Positions 18,660-26,579 of a stretch of DNA of 64,000 nt are shown here, piece after piece (position 1 is the first letter of the stretch; the number at the start of each line of letters is the position of its first letter). The position numbers and the translations under genes are program-made. The stretch is taken from IMG/VR virus record IMGVR_UViG_3300046008_000291, positions 1-64,000 of that record; one strand, 5' to 3'. The notes below the pieces were generated by a model. The model did not search any database. It was not told the DNA's origin and worked only from the letters and a program-made list of their open reading frames with translations. This DNA is from a virus.

Positions 18660-19871
18660 TTAGAAGAATAAGATAGCACCTGCTGATACTGAACGTGATT
18701 TACCTTCTGCACCGTTTTGTGCTTCTGATTTAACGTCTGAGTATTCAGCTACTAAATTAACTGATTTAGTAAGTGCGTGATAAGCACCAAATGTCCACAT
18801 TTCGTTTTTCGAAACTAATGCGGTTGCTGTTTCACCACTGTTACGATCTAGTTTACTTTGACCATAACTTACACCAAGTTTAGTTGCTGTTGGCAATGTG
18901 TATGTACCTTGTACATAACCACCGTTTGAATCACGACGTCGACCTGTAGTGTCAAAACCATCAGCTAATTGTAGTGTGCGGCCAATACCTTTACCATCAA
19001 AGTAGTAAGCAGTTAAACCGTATGGACCAGCAGCTAAGTTTGTACCAACGTCCCAAGCATAAGCGCGGTCATCTGCTGCAGAGCCAGTTACACCTTCAAC
19101 TTTTTGTGAAATAGCACTTGACCAAACTTTAGCAGCAATGGGACCTGCTAATGAGTAAGATACTTTACCTTCAAAAGCTGGTTGTGCACCACCACGGCCT
19201 GTTGAAGTTGCTGAAGCAGCTTGTACACCTGCTGTTACTGCATTTAAGTCAGCTGTTTGAGCATTCCATGCTTGCGTTACACCAGCAGTGAAGCTTAAGC
19301 CGTTGAAGTTTGGAGATGTGTAAGAAATTTGTGATTTCCAGTCTGCATACATATAGCCAGTACCAATACGACCTAATGTAGTTGTGTTACCAGCTAGTGC
19401 ACCAGCACCAGAACCAACACCTAACAATGTCATGTCGTTTAAGATAGCATCACTAGCGAAAATACCTAGGTCTTTACCTAGTTTTACACTACCCCATGAT
19501 TTATCACCGATAGTCAAGAATGCTTGACGATTTTCTTGGTTAGCACCTTGATCACCAGCTGATGTTGTTGAAGCACCTGGATTAATTGCAATAGTGAAAC
19601 CAATGTCTAAATCATTTTGACGTGACTTACCAGAAACTGATAATACGTTTGGTAATAAGCCAGTTGTAATATTTGATTCATTGCGTTGACCATTGGCATT
19701 AGGGCCGCCAAGACCACCAGCAACTGCACTACCTGTGCCACGTGTGTTTGTATAGTATGCGTTTACAACGCCGCCGATATCTAATGTCCAATCACCTGCT
19801 GGAATTTGAATACCTGCATTTGCTGTAGAGTACATACTTGCTAATAATGTTGCTAATAAAATTTTCTTCAT
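18660..19871 (-). CDS. Gram-negative outer-membrane porin
   Basis: Signal peptide MKKILLATLLASMYSTANA, amphipathic beta strands, C-terminal ...SAGAILFF; start revised to 19871 (SD AAGGAG). Confidence 0.9.
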   Translation of the reverse strand: MKKILLATLLASMYSTANAGIQIPAGDWTLDIGGVVNAYYTNTRGTGSAVAGGLGGPNANGQRNESNITTGLLPNVLSVSGKSRQNDLDIGFTIAINPGASTTSAGDQGANQENRQAFLTIGDKSWGSVKLGKDLGIFASDAILNDMTLLGVGSGAGALAGNTTTLGRIGTGYMYADWKSQISYTSPNFNGLSFTAGVTQAWNAQTADLNAVTAGVQAASATSTGRGGAQPAFEGKVSYSLAGPIAAKVWSSAISQKVEGVTGSAADDRAYAWDVGTNLAAGPYGLTAYYFDGKGIGRTLQLADGFDTTGRRRDSNGGYVQGTYTLPTATKLGVSYGQSKLDRNSGETATALVSKNEMWTFGAYHALTKSVNLVAEYSDVKSEAQNGAEGKSRSVSAGAILFF

Positions 19872-20003
19872 TACGATACTTCTCCTTTTAATGGATAACA
19901 CTAATATGTTATACTATCAGTGTAAGTTATTTATAAAGAGAAGTCAATAAACTGTGGCTTTTTGATATACTTTTTGGTAAAATTAGTGCAAGATGTTGTA
20001 TTT

Positions 20004-20882
20004 TTACAACAAATCAATGTATTTCAATTGGAAGCTGTCGGCTTGCATTTCATGTCCTATATAACCGCGTGGGTTACATACTACACGTGTTTCACCTAAG
20101 ACATAGTCAAACGCATCGTGTGTATGCCCGTGTACCCATAACTTAATCTGCGGGCGATAGGCTATGAAGTCACCAAGTTCAGTATGGAACGCACCGTTCA
20201 TAACCCGATCACCTAACCATTTAGGTGCACAGCTCTGCCAGCTAGGTGTGTGATGTGTGACTACTACATACTTCTTAGTGTCATCATTCATCAACACATG
20301 GTTAATATAGTCTAAGGCCTGCTTGTGATCATCGACGCTGTCCTGTGGACTAAACTTAGCTGGCTCTTCTTTGACCTTATGCCCTATGACCTTACGATCC
20401 ACATTATACTCACCATCATCATACAACGGTACTGTACGTGCTATCATTCTGAGACTGTTCTTAACATTGCGGAAGTCATTCATCATGTCTTTGACAGCGT
20501 GTAGAGTAACAGGATCCTCATCGTTCATACTGGTCCACATAGTAGCACAGACAAAGGTAACATCCTCTAATTCAAGTGTTTCCTTGTCCATGACCTGTAT
20601 GTTAGGAAACTTAGCTAGGTGACGTTTAAGAATACCGTAGCTGTAAGCAACATCACCGTTGTAGTGTTCGTGATTACCCAAAATGTAGATAACTTTAGCA
20701 AACTCGTTTGATACTTGTTCAAAGAAAGCAAAGTAACGTTCTGCTCGTTTGGTCTCGGTGATTTCAAAGTCACGAGCCATACAGATATCACCGGCTAGGA
20801 TTAAGACATCGGCATCAGAGTCGTTGGTCAGCTCCAAACTGCCAAACTCCAAATGTATATCTGATGCTATTGCTAAACGCAT
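20004..20882 (-). CDS. Calcineurin-like metallophosphoesterase
   Basis: SDIHLE, AGDI, GNHEHY, THH, HGHTH. Confidence 0.92.
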   Translation of the reverse strand: MRLAIASDIHLEFGSLELTNDSDADVLILAGDICMARDFEITETKRAERYFAFFEQVSNEFAKVIYILGNHEHYNGDVAYSYGILKRHLAKFPNIQVMDKETLELEDVTFVCATMWTSMNDEDPVTLHAVKDMMNDFRNVKNSLRMIARTVPLYDDGEYNVDRKVIGHKVKEEPAKFSPQDSVDDHKQALDYINHVLMNDDTKKYVVVTHHTPSWQSCAPKWLGDRVMNGAFHTELGDFIAYRPQIKLWVHGHTHDAFDYVLGETRVVCNPRGYIGHEMQADSFQLKYIDLL

Positions 20883-20934
20883 GTCGCTCTCCTTATTAAT
20901 GTATTATTATACTACCAAACGACTGTGTTGTCAA

Positions 20935-21612
20935 TCAATATCTATACGTATCAGGTTTGAATGGTCTAACAACTGGAACACCAATATAATCTGCTTGTGT
21001 TTGATTTAATGTAGTTAGCTCTGCGCCAATATGAAAAGGTTTCAGCAACCTTTTCATATTGGCGTTAGCGGCGCCAATCATAGTATTGACCACAGTCATT
21101 AACGGAGTACCGTTGGCAATAGCTTCGTTAATTTTATAGATACCTGTAGTAGTTTCTTCTGTTACACCACGGATGTCTGCTAATAGTTCTGGATAGTTAA
21201 CATGGATATACCAAGTTAGGTCATGCCCATCATCTAACAACATGTTAGGGCGCCAACCATCTGGACCTGCAACTGTTTGTTCTAAGCACCACCAGTATTC
21301 ATCTTCTGTTTCGCCTTTCCAAGCAAAAACAGGAATACCTTGATCAGCTAGTGCAGCCGCGGCATGGTCTTGTGTTGAAAAAATATTACAACTTGCCCAA
21401 CGTACTTCTGCGCCTAATGCCACAAGAGTTTGTACCAGTACCGCAGTTTGAATAGTCATGTGTGATGACCCTGTGATACGTGCTCCTTTAAGTGGTTGCG
21501 AATCTTCTAATTCTTTACGAATTGCCATTAGGCCTGGCATTTCTGTTTCAGCAATTGCAATTTCTTTGTGTCCCCAAGCCGCTAGGCCAATGTCTGCTAT
21601 TTTATAATCCAT
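20935..21612 (-). pseudogene. ahcY: S-adenosylhomocysteine hydrolase with NAD-binding domain deleted (open frame retained)
   Basis: [47 protein letters not shown], then jumps to C-terminal [21 protein letters not shown]; 225 aa, about half a normal AhcY. Confidence 0.88.
21024..21064. repeat. Perfect 18-bp inverted repeat at ahcY deletion junction
   Basis: cgccaatatgaaaaggtt-tcagc-aaccttttcatattggcg. Confidence 0.95.
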
Positions 21613-21633
21613 GTTAATCCTTATATAATTAAA

Positions 21634-22104
21634 TTATGCTGCTAATACGTGATGCAATCTATCAGCCGCGTAACTTGCAGCCCATGCGTTTGGTTTAACC
21701 ATTGGAATAACATTGCATGTTCCGCGAATGTAACCTATTGCCTGTGTTACAACACAGCTTGAACCGTGAGCTTCGTTTGGGTTGATGTCTAAGTGTACAG
21801 CAACATCACGACCTTCTAATACTTCGTGTAGTTTCAAGTACAGTTCTGAAATTTTGTACACTTCGTTCATTAGGCGCATACTCGGACGATTACGTTTTTG
21901 GTCGTAGTCTACTTCTGTTGAACTTTCACCAAAGATTTTACAACCGTGTTTACCGTCAATGTGCACCACAACTGCTAAGGTATATTCTGCATGCCATTGT
22001 CCGTTTTTACGAAAACGTGTACTGTCGCCGCCAATGTAGATTTTTGTTTCTGTACTTTGTGCATTGATAAAATCACGCACTTCATCGAAATTCAGTTTTT
22101 TCAT
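21634..22104 (-). CDS. RNase H-like protein (YkuK/DUF458 type)
   Basis: IYIGGDS, RLMNEV, VHLDIN, KPNAWAASYAAD. Confidence 0.8.
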   Translation of the reverse strand: MKKLNFDEVRDFINAQSTETKIYIGGDSTRFRKNGQWHAEYTLAVVVHIDGKHGCKIFGESSTEVDYDQKRNRPSMRLMNEVYKISELYLKLHEVLEGRDVAVHLDINPNEAHGSSCVVTQAIGYIRGTCNVIPMVKPNAWAASYAADRLHHVLAA

Positions 22105-22130
22105 ATACTGCCCTTATATTGTATTTACTA

Positions 22131-22595
22131 CTAGACTAAATCCAAGTAATACATTAATTTATGTTTGACCATCAGGTTTGGGATACGGTATTTCTCTGTA
22201 TCTCTAAACCCAATCATATGCCCTACCTCTGCCACTGCACCACTACGTGCTACACCCATATGGCAGTGTACTACTACATTCATACTTTGTTCCCATGCTT
22301 CTTTTAATGCTTCTGCAATACCCTTGGCATCAGCGTTGGTAATTGCTGCCTCATAGTAAAACTTTTCGCTATCGCTTTCTTCTACATCTAAGAAGTAGAA
22401 CTGGCGCACTGTACGAAAGTTATACTTAGGTGTAGGGAATTCAGTACCAGGATCTACGATCTGGATTAACATACTGTTGAAACCCGGGTCGTAATGATAT
22501 CCTTTACGTACATCATCAAGACTGATATTTTCAATCCACGGTTTCATCATCGTATTCATCCTTATATAATTCTGGGTGTTTAGCACGTACAGCAA
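22131..22595 (-). CDS. Cys-based phosphatase (PTP/DSP fold); start probably ~22550
   Basis: VVVHCHMGVARSGAVA = HCx5R. Confidence 0.8.
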   Translation of the reverse strand: MLYVLNTQNYIRMNTMMKPWIENISLDDVRKGYHYDPGFNSMLIQIVDPGTEFPTPKYNFRTVRQFYFLDVEESDSEKFYYEAAITNADAKGIAEALKEAWEQSMNVVVHCHMGVARSGAVAEVGHMIGFRDTEKYRIPNLMVKHKLMYYLDLV

Positions 22596-22920
22596 GGTGT
22601 GTGCTCATTGCACTACCACTACTAAACTGTGCTCCTACTTTAAATTTTCTTCCGTTAAGCGTAAACGGCTTTAAGACTTCGTCTCCATTCCACCAACTGC
22701 GTTGAATACGAATGTAACCTAGTTCACCTAACTGCTCACGTAGTTTAATAAACTCCGGGTGATCCTCCGAACTTGTAGTACTACACTTGCCTTTGCCTTG
22801 TAAGATTAATATTAATTCTTCAGCAGTTGGCTCACGGCCGTTTTGAGTATAAGTGTTCCATTCATTGTAAATAGTTACACTACACATGTAGTCTGGGTTG
22901 ATTGTAAAGTCCACTACCAT
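22531..22920 (-). CDS. Hypothetical protein
   Basis: 129 aa in operon. Confidence 0.6.
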   Translation of the reverse strand: MVVDFTINPDYMCSVTIYNEWNTYTQNGREPTAEELILILQGKGKCSTTSSEDHPEFIKLREQLGELGYIRIQRSWWNGDEVLKPFTLNGRKFKVGAQFSSGSAMSTHLAVRAKHPELYKDEYDDETVD

Positions 22921-23171
22921 GTCTCACTTTTTAATATTTGAAAAGTTAGTGCTTCTCGTTCTTCCTTGGACAATGTTAAGTTTTCGTGCTCTCGATTCTT
23001 ATACCATTGCATCACATGATCGGAGTTGTCACCTACAATGTTTTTTGACGCAAACGTAAGACCCACTGGGATAATGCTACTAGTAACTATTACGTAACGC
23101 CCAACTACTCTGGGTCCGTTCATTGTACGTATTATATTTTTATCGTTGGGCAGCTCACAGTAGTATGTCAT
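22914..23171 (-). CDS. Hypothetical protein
   Basis: 85 aa in operon. Confidence 0.55.
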   Translation of the reverse strand: MTYYCELPNDKNIIRTMNGPRVVGRYVIVTSSIIPVGLTFASKNIVGDNSDHVMQWYKNREHENLTLSKEEREALTFQILKSETW

Positions 23172-23326
23172 CGTTTCTTCCTAATATTCCTATGATACAC
23201 TTCACCATTGGGCAACTTACCATCTATAACACCAGCAACTCCCATTTTGCCGATAAAGACTACAGGTTCTTGGCCCAATTGGTTAAGGCGTTCACGAGTC
23301 TCGACCCATTTTGGTTTCTGTTTCAC
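23168..23326 (-). CDS. Hypothetical protein (52 aa, GTG start)
   Basis: Manual: VKQKPKWVETRERLNQLGQEPVVFIGKMGVAGVIDGKLPNGEVY...; fills operon gap, ATGA overlap. Confidence 0.55.
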   Translation of the reverse strand: MKQKPKWVETRERLNQLGQEPVVFIGKMGVAGVIDGKLPNGEVYHRNIRKKR

Positions 23327-23676
23327 CAATCTTGTTCCTTTATTTCAGTATGGTCTGCGTTTAAAGTTTCCCATACTAGACTCTTTTGAAACTTTTCATA
23401 CGCTGGGCCTTTGTTGATCCATTCTTTGTAGTAGTCTTCATGTCCCCAACTACCTTCTGGTGCGTTTTTAGCAATCCAAGAGACAATATCTGCTAATGCT
23501 TGTTTGTTCCATGTATCAGCACGTGCTACACTGCTATATAAATCATTACAAAGAACAGCTTTTACAAAACTGCCAGGTTCAAAAGCATATAAGAAGTAAC
23601 GTTCTAAAGCACCACGAGTGTGCTCGGGTACTTTACTAAAAAAGTCCCATTCAAATTTACTCATAATGCTCTCCAC
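23323..23676 (-). CDS. Hypothetical protein
   Basis: 117 aa in operon. Confidence 0.65.
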   Translation of the reverse strand: MESIMSKFEWDFFSKVPEHTRGALERYFLYAFEPGSFVKAVLCNDLYSSVARADTWNKQALADIVSWIAKNAPEGSWGHEDYYKEWINKGPAYEKFQKSLVWETLNADHTEIKEQDW

Positions 23677-23905
23677 GTTTTCTTAGTTCATCAATTAAGC
23701 CACCATAGGCTAATGTATATTGTTGTTCTAATCGTTCTAACATATTAATGCAACTTATGATGTGTGCTGTATCCATGTCACCGATCAATAAGACTTTGCG
23801 TGTTTTAGTTAACCACGTCATCCGATGCGTCCTGCGATACTCCTTAAAGTCCGCATTGTTAGGCGTACTTAGTATGTCCCAGGCTAATTGTTGTTCTTTA
23901 TCCAT
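23657..23905 (-). CDS. Hypothetical protein
   Basis: 82 aa; TTGACA-17-TATAAT-6-ATG upstream. Confidence 0.65.
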   Translation of the reverse strand: MDKEQQLAWDILSTPNNADFKEYRRTHRMTWLTKTRKVLLIGDMDTAHIISCINMLERLEQQYTLAYGGLIDELRKRGEHYE

Positions 23906-23941
23906 GTGTGTATTATACTATCATTCTACCAAAATGTCAAG

Positions 23942-24018
23942 TGGGGTAACCAATGGGTAACGATCCCATTCTACGACTTTCACAGAGTCGGGTGCTAAAC
24001 CTTTACACTATGGTTACC
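23942..24018 (-). tRNA. tRNA-His(GTG), G-1 and CCA encoded
   Basis: CGACT-CTGTGAA-AGTCG; acceptor GTAACCA/TGGTTAC. Confidence 0.9.
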
Positions 24019-24025
24019 ATCGAAC

Positions 24026-24099
24026 TGGAGCGGATAACGAGGTTCGAACTCGTGATTCAACCTTGGCAAGGTCGTGTATTACCACTATACTATATCCGC
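24026..24099 (-). tRNA. tRNA-Gly(GCC)
   Basis: CGACC-TTGCCAA-GGTTG; CCA encoded. Confidence 0.93.
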
Positions 24100-24108
24100 A
24101 TTTTAATC

Positions 24109-24172
24109 TTACTGCTCAGTAATATTTGAACTGATTTAGCCGGGTTTGACGGCAAATATTACTGCTCAGTAA
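24109..24172. repeat. 20-bp interrupted inverted repeat made of two TTACTG-CT-CAGTAA dyads
   Basis: ttactgctcagtaatatttg ... caaatattactgctcagtaa. Confidence 0.85.
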
Positions 24173-24181
24173 CATTTTATT

Positions 24182-24260
24182 TGGAGCCCCCAGAAGGATT
24201 CGAACCTCCGACACTAACGTTCGTAGCGTTATGCTCTAGTCCAGACTGAGCTATGGGGGC
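24182..24260 (-). tRNA. tRNA-Arg(ACG)
   Basis: TAACG-CTACGAA-CGTTA. Confidence 0.93.
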
Positions 24261-24261
24261 G

Positions 24262-24338
24262 TGGTAGAGATGGTAGGATTTGAACCTACGGTAGCTTGCG
24301 TATGGAGCAAGTGCATTAGGCCACTATGCTACATCTCT
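24262..24338 (-). tRNA. tRNA-Met(CAT), elongator-like, C33
   Basis: CTTGC-TCCATAC-GCAAG. Confidence 0.8.
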
Positions 24339-24348
24339 ATATTGAAAG

Positions 24349-24425
24349 TGGAGTATGTGACAGGGGTCGAACCTGCATAATACGGGGTTGCAATCCGCAG
24401 CTTATCCATTCAGCTACACACATAC
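24349..24425 (-). tRNA. tRNA-Cys(GCA)
   Basis: GCGGA-TTGCAAC-CCCGT; apparent 2-nt insertion after acceptor 5' strand. Confidence 0.8.
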
Positions 24426-24431
24426 ATTGTT

Positions 24432-24507
24432 TGGCACCCCCTGATGGACTCGAACCACCGAATGACAGGATCAAAACCTGTTGCCTTACCAGCTTGGCGA
24501 AGAGGGT
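24432..24507 (-). tRNA. tRNA-Gln(TTG)
   Basis: ACAGG-TTTTGAT-CCTGT. Confidence 0.92.
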
Positions 24508-24512
24508 ATTAC

Positions 24513-24586
24513 TGGTGCTCCTACCCGGTATCGAACCGGAGTTACTACATTACCAATGTAGCGTAATGCCTTTATACTATAAGAGC
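24513..24586 (-). tRNA. tRNA-Thr(GGT)
   Basis: CTACA-TTGGTAA-TGTAG. Confidence 0.92.
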
Positions 24587-24593
24587 AATTAAA

Positions 24594-24698
24594 CTATTTT
24601 AGTTTGTTTGCTATCCACACTAATACAAATACTTCTAAAATCAATGCGCAAAATGCTAGTGTAACAACTACTGCACTCTTTAAAATTAGAAATAACAT
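24594..24698 (-). CDS. Small membrane protein (34 aa)
   Basis: Manual: MLFLILKSAVVVTLAFCALILEVFVLVWIANKLK; SD AGGAG. Confidence 0.55.
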   Translation of the reverse strand: MLFLILKSAVVVTLAFCALILEVFVLVWIANKLK

Positions 24699-24713
24699 AT
24701 AATGCTCCTGTAG

Positions 24714-25175
24714 TTAATTAATGCTTTTACCAAATATTTCATTGAGATATTCGGCATCCCAAAATTTATAATAATTAGTTTTAGCTATTTTATTTCTTGC
24801 CGCTAACAGCTTATCCATTGGCTGACACAATATTAAATTATGTTTGCCATTGTTGGTTTGTGCTTCGCCGATATAAGTATTTCTTGTGCTATGATCTGGC
24901 AGGTATTCTATTAATGGGTTTTGTTCTTTCAATGTTGCACAGGCTTTATTTAATTCTTCAACTGTAATTGCAGATCTAATTACATATACAATTAATTCAA
25001 AGTCTTTGTTAGGAGGAACAATTGATGTAACATTATCAACAATTTGTACTTCGTATAAATCCATACTAGCTTTAGCAAACGGGCAAACTGATAGTCCGCT
25101 TAAACTTTTTTGCGGCAAGCCTACATAGACTGCCCAATCATGTATGTCTTTCTTAATTTGTTCATCTGTAATCAT
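24714..25175 (-). CDS. DUF1415-like protein
   Basis: DW...VG.....L..CPFAK N-terminal motif; TATAAATA at 25200-25207 upstream. Confidence 0.55.
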   Translation of the reverse strand: MITDEQIKKDIHDWAVYVGLPQKSLSGLSVCPFAKASMDLYEVQIVDNVTSIVPPNKDFELIVYVIRSAITVEELNKACATLKEQNPLIEYLPDHSTRNTYIGEAQTNNGKHNLILCQPMDKLLAARNKIAKTNYYKFWDAEYLNEIFGKSIN

Positions 25176-25357
25176 ATAATTCCTTTATGCTATCAGCCCT
25201 ATTTATATACATGATACTTTAGGTATCTGGCAATTTGATATAAGAATGAGTTGGGAGTTGTCCTCCCGGAAAATCGTAGTCCCATACGTCTATGGGATTC
25301 ACGTGTAAATCCACGCTTGATGTTGCACATTGTTAAGAGGTGTCCTCGATTAGCTTC

Positions 25358-25447
25358 TGGCGGAGAGTATAGGATTCGAACCTATGCTCCCATTACTGGG
25401 AGGACGGCTTAGCAAGCCGCTGCCTTCGACCACTCGGCCAACTCTCC
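25358..25447 (-). tRNA. tRNA-Ser(GCT)
   Basis: GCGGC-TTGCTAA-GCCGT, long variable arm. Confidence 0.94.
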
Positions 25448-25467
25448 TAATTTCTTACTATACAACT

Positions 25468-25496
25468 ATTATAACACCGTGTATCAACAGTGTCAA
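25468..25496 (-). promoter_or_regulatory. sigma70 promoter upstream of tRNA-Ser(GCT)
   Basis: TTGACA-17-TATAAT. Confidence 0.8.
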
Positions 25497-25501
25497 GTGT
25501 T

Positions 25502-25589
25502 TGGCGGAAGTTAATCGCATCGAACGATTTACCATTCCTGGTAACTACAGTTTTCAAGACTGTGTGAGGAGCCGACCTCAGTAACTTCC
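25502..25589 (-). tRNA. tRNA-Ser(TGA) with atypical D arm
   Basis: ACAGT-CTTGAAA-ACTGT; D stem TGAGG/CCTCA; variable arm TTACCA-GGAA-TGGTAA. Confidence 0.85.
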
Positions 25590-25725
25590 GAGTTGACAAG
25601 TCACCGCATTAGTCTTCAGCTTGCGCTGTTATCTTATCCTTGTCTGACAGCTTTTTAATACTAGGGTTTTGTTAAAATACTACGGGTCGCTGTTTGCCCC
25701 TAAACCCATACCGGTTAAAGATACT

Positions 25726-25800
25726 TGGTACCCGATAGTGGTAACGATCCACTCACCTATCGCTTATCAAGCGATTGCTCTACCACTGAGCTAATCGGGT
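25726..25800 (-). tRNA. tRNA-Ile(GAT)
   Basis: ATCGC-TTGATAA-GCGAT. Confidence 0.92.
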
Positions 25801-25828
25801 ATAAAAATGACACTATCCGTATAAAATG

Positions 25829-25904
25829 TGGCTCCGGTCGTTGGAATCGAACCAACCTTCATGGATTAACAGTCCACCGCCTACACCGTGTTTGCTTGAC
25901 CGGA
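25829..25904 (-). tRNA. tRNA-Asn(GTT)
   Basis: GTGGA-CTGTTAA-TCCAT. Confidence 0.92.
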
Positions 25905-26522
25905 ATTGATCTTATCTAAAATTTCGTTTGCAAGCCTGATACGTTTAGCACTATTAGATAATCCCATAGCCCGTAACGCAGGTGTTGCATACATGTAGAT
26001 TCTTAAATTTTTTTCTAATTCTACTAAATCAACATGTATTCTATTGATTTTAATATTTCTTGCTCTAAATGTGTGTGTTTGACTATGACAATTAGGACAC
26101 AATATTCTTAAGTTTTCAGGCTTGTTGTTTTGATTGTTACCATCAATGTGATCTAATTCTAAAACTAACTGTTTACCCTGCCACTCTTCACCTATTCCAC
26201 ATTCTTTACATTGATAATTACTTTCATGCAATACTCGACGTTTAAGAGCTTCTCTACTCATTTCTTCGTGCGGACGATTCCATGATTTTAACAACTTAGT
26301 TTCTTTTGCTCTTCGTTGTTGATCTTCATAATCATATTTAGATTTATTTTGTTCAAATCTAAGCCGCTTTCCTTCATCGGATAACGAATTATAAAATTTA
26401 GTATTTGCTAATCTTTTCTTTTCTTTTGACTCATCACTAAACACTCTACTATTAGCACAACTTCTACTACAAAATATTCCGTTTAGTGAGTGCTCTTTTT
26501 TACATTTAGGACAAATTTTCAT
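25881..26522 (-). mobile_element. Free-standing HNH endonuclease (probable homing endonuclease) inside tRNA array
   Basis: CKECG...LELDHIDGNNQNNKPENLRILCPNCHSQT plus N-terminal Zn ribbon; last 24 nt overlap tRNA-Asn. Confidence 0.88.
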
Positions 26523-26579
26523 ATCGAACTCTCTGTTATATGAACATACTTAGTCGCAAGTTCGATACTACTAAAATTT

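Noticed and set aside
25502-25589. Selenocysteine tRNA
   Set aside because: Anticodon is TGA not TCA and acceptor is 7 bp; kept only as a Sec-like scaffold note
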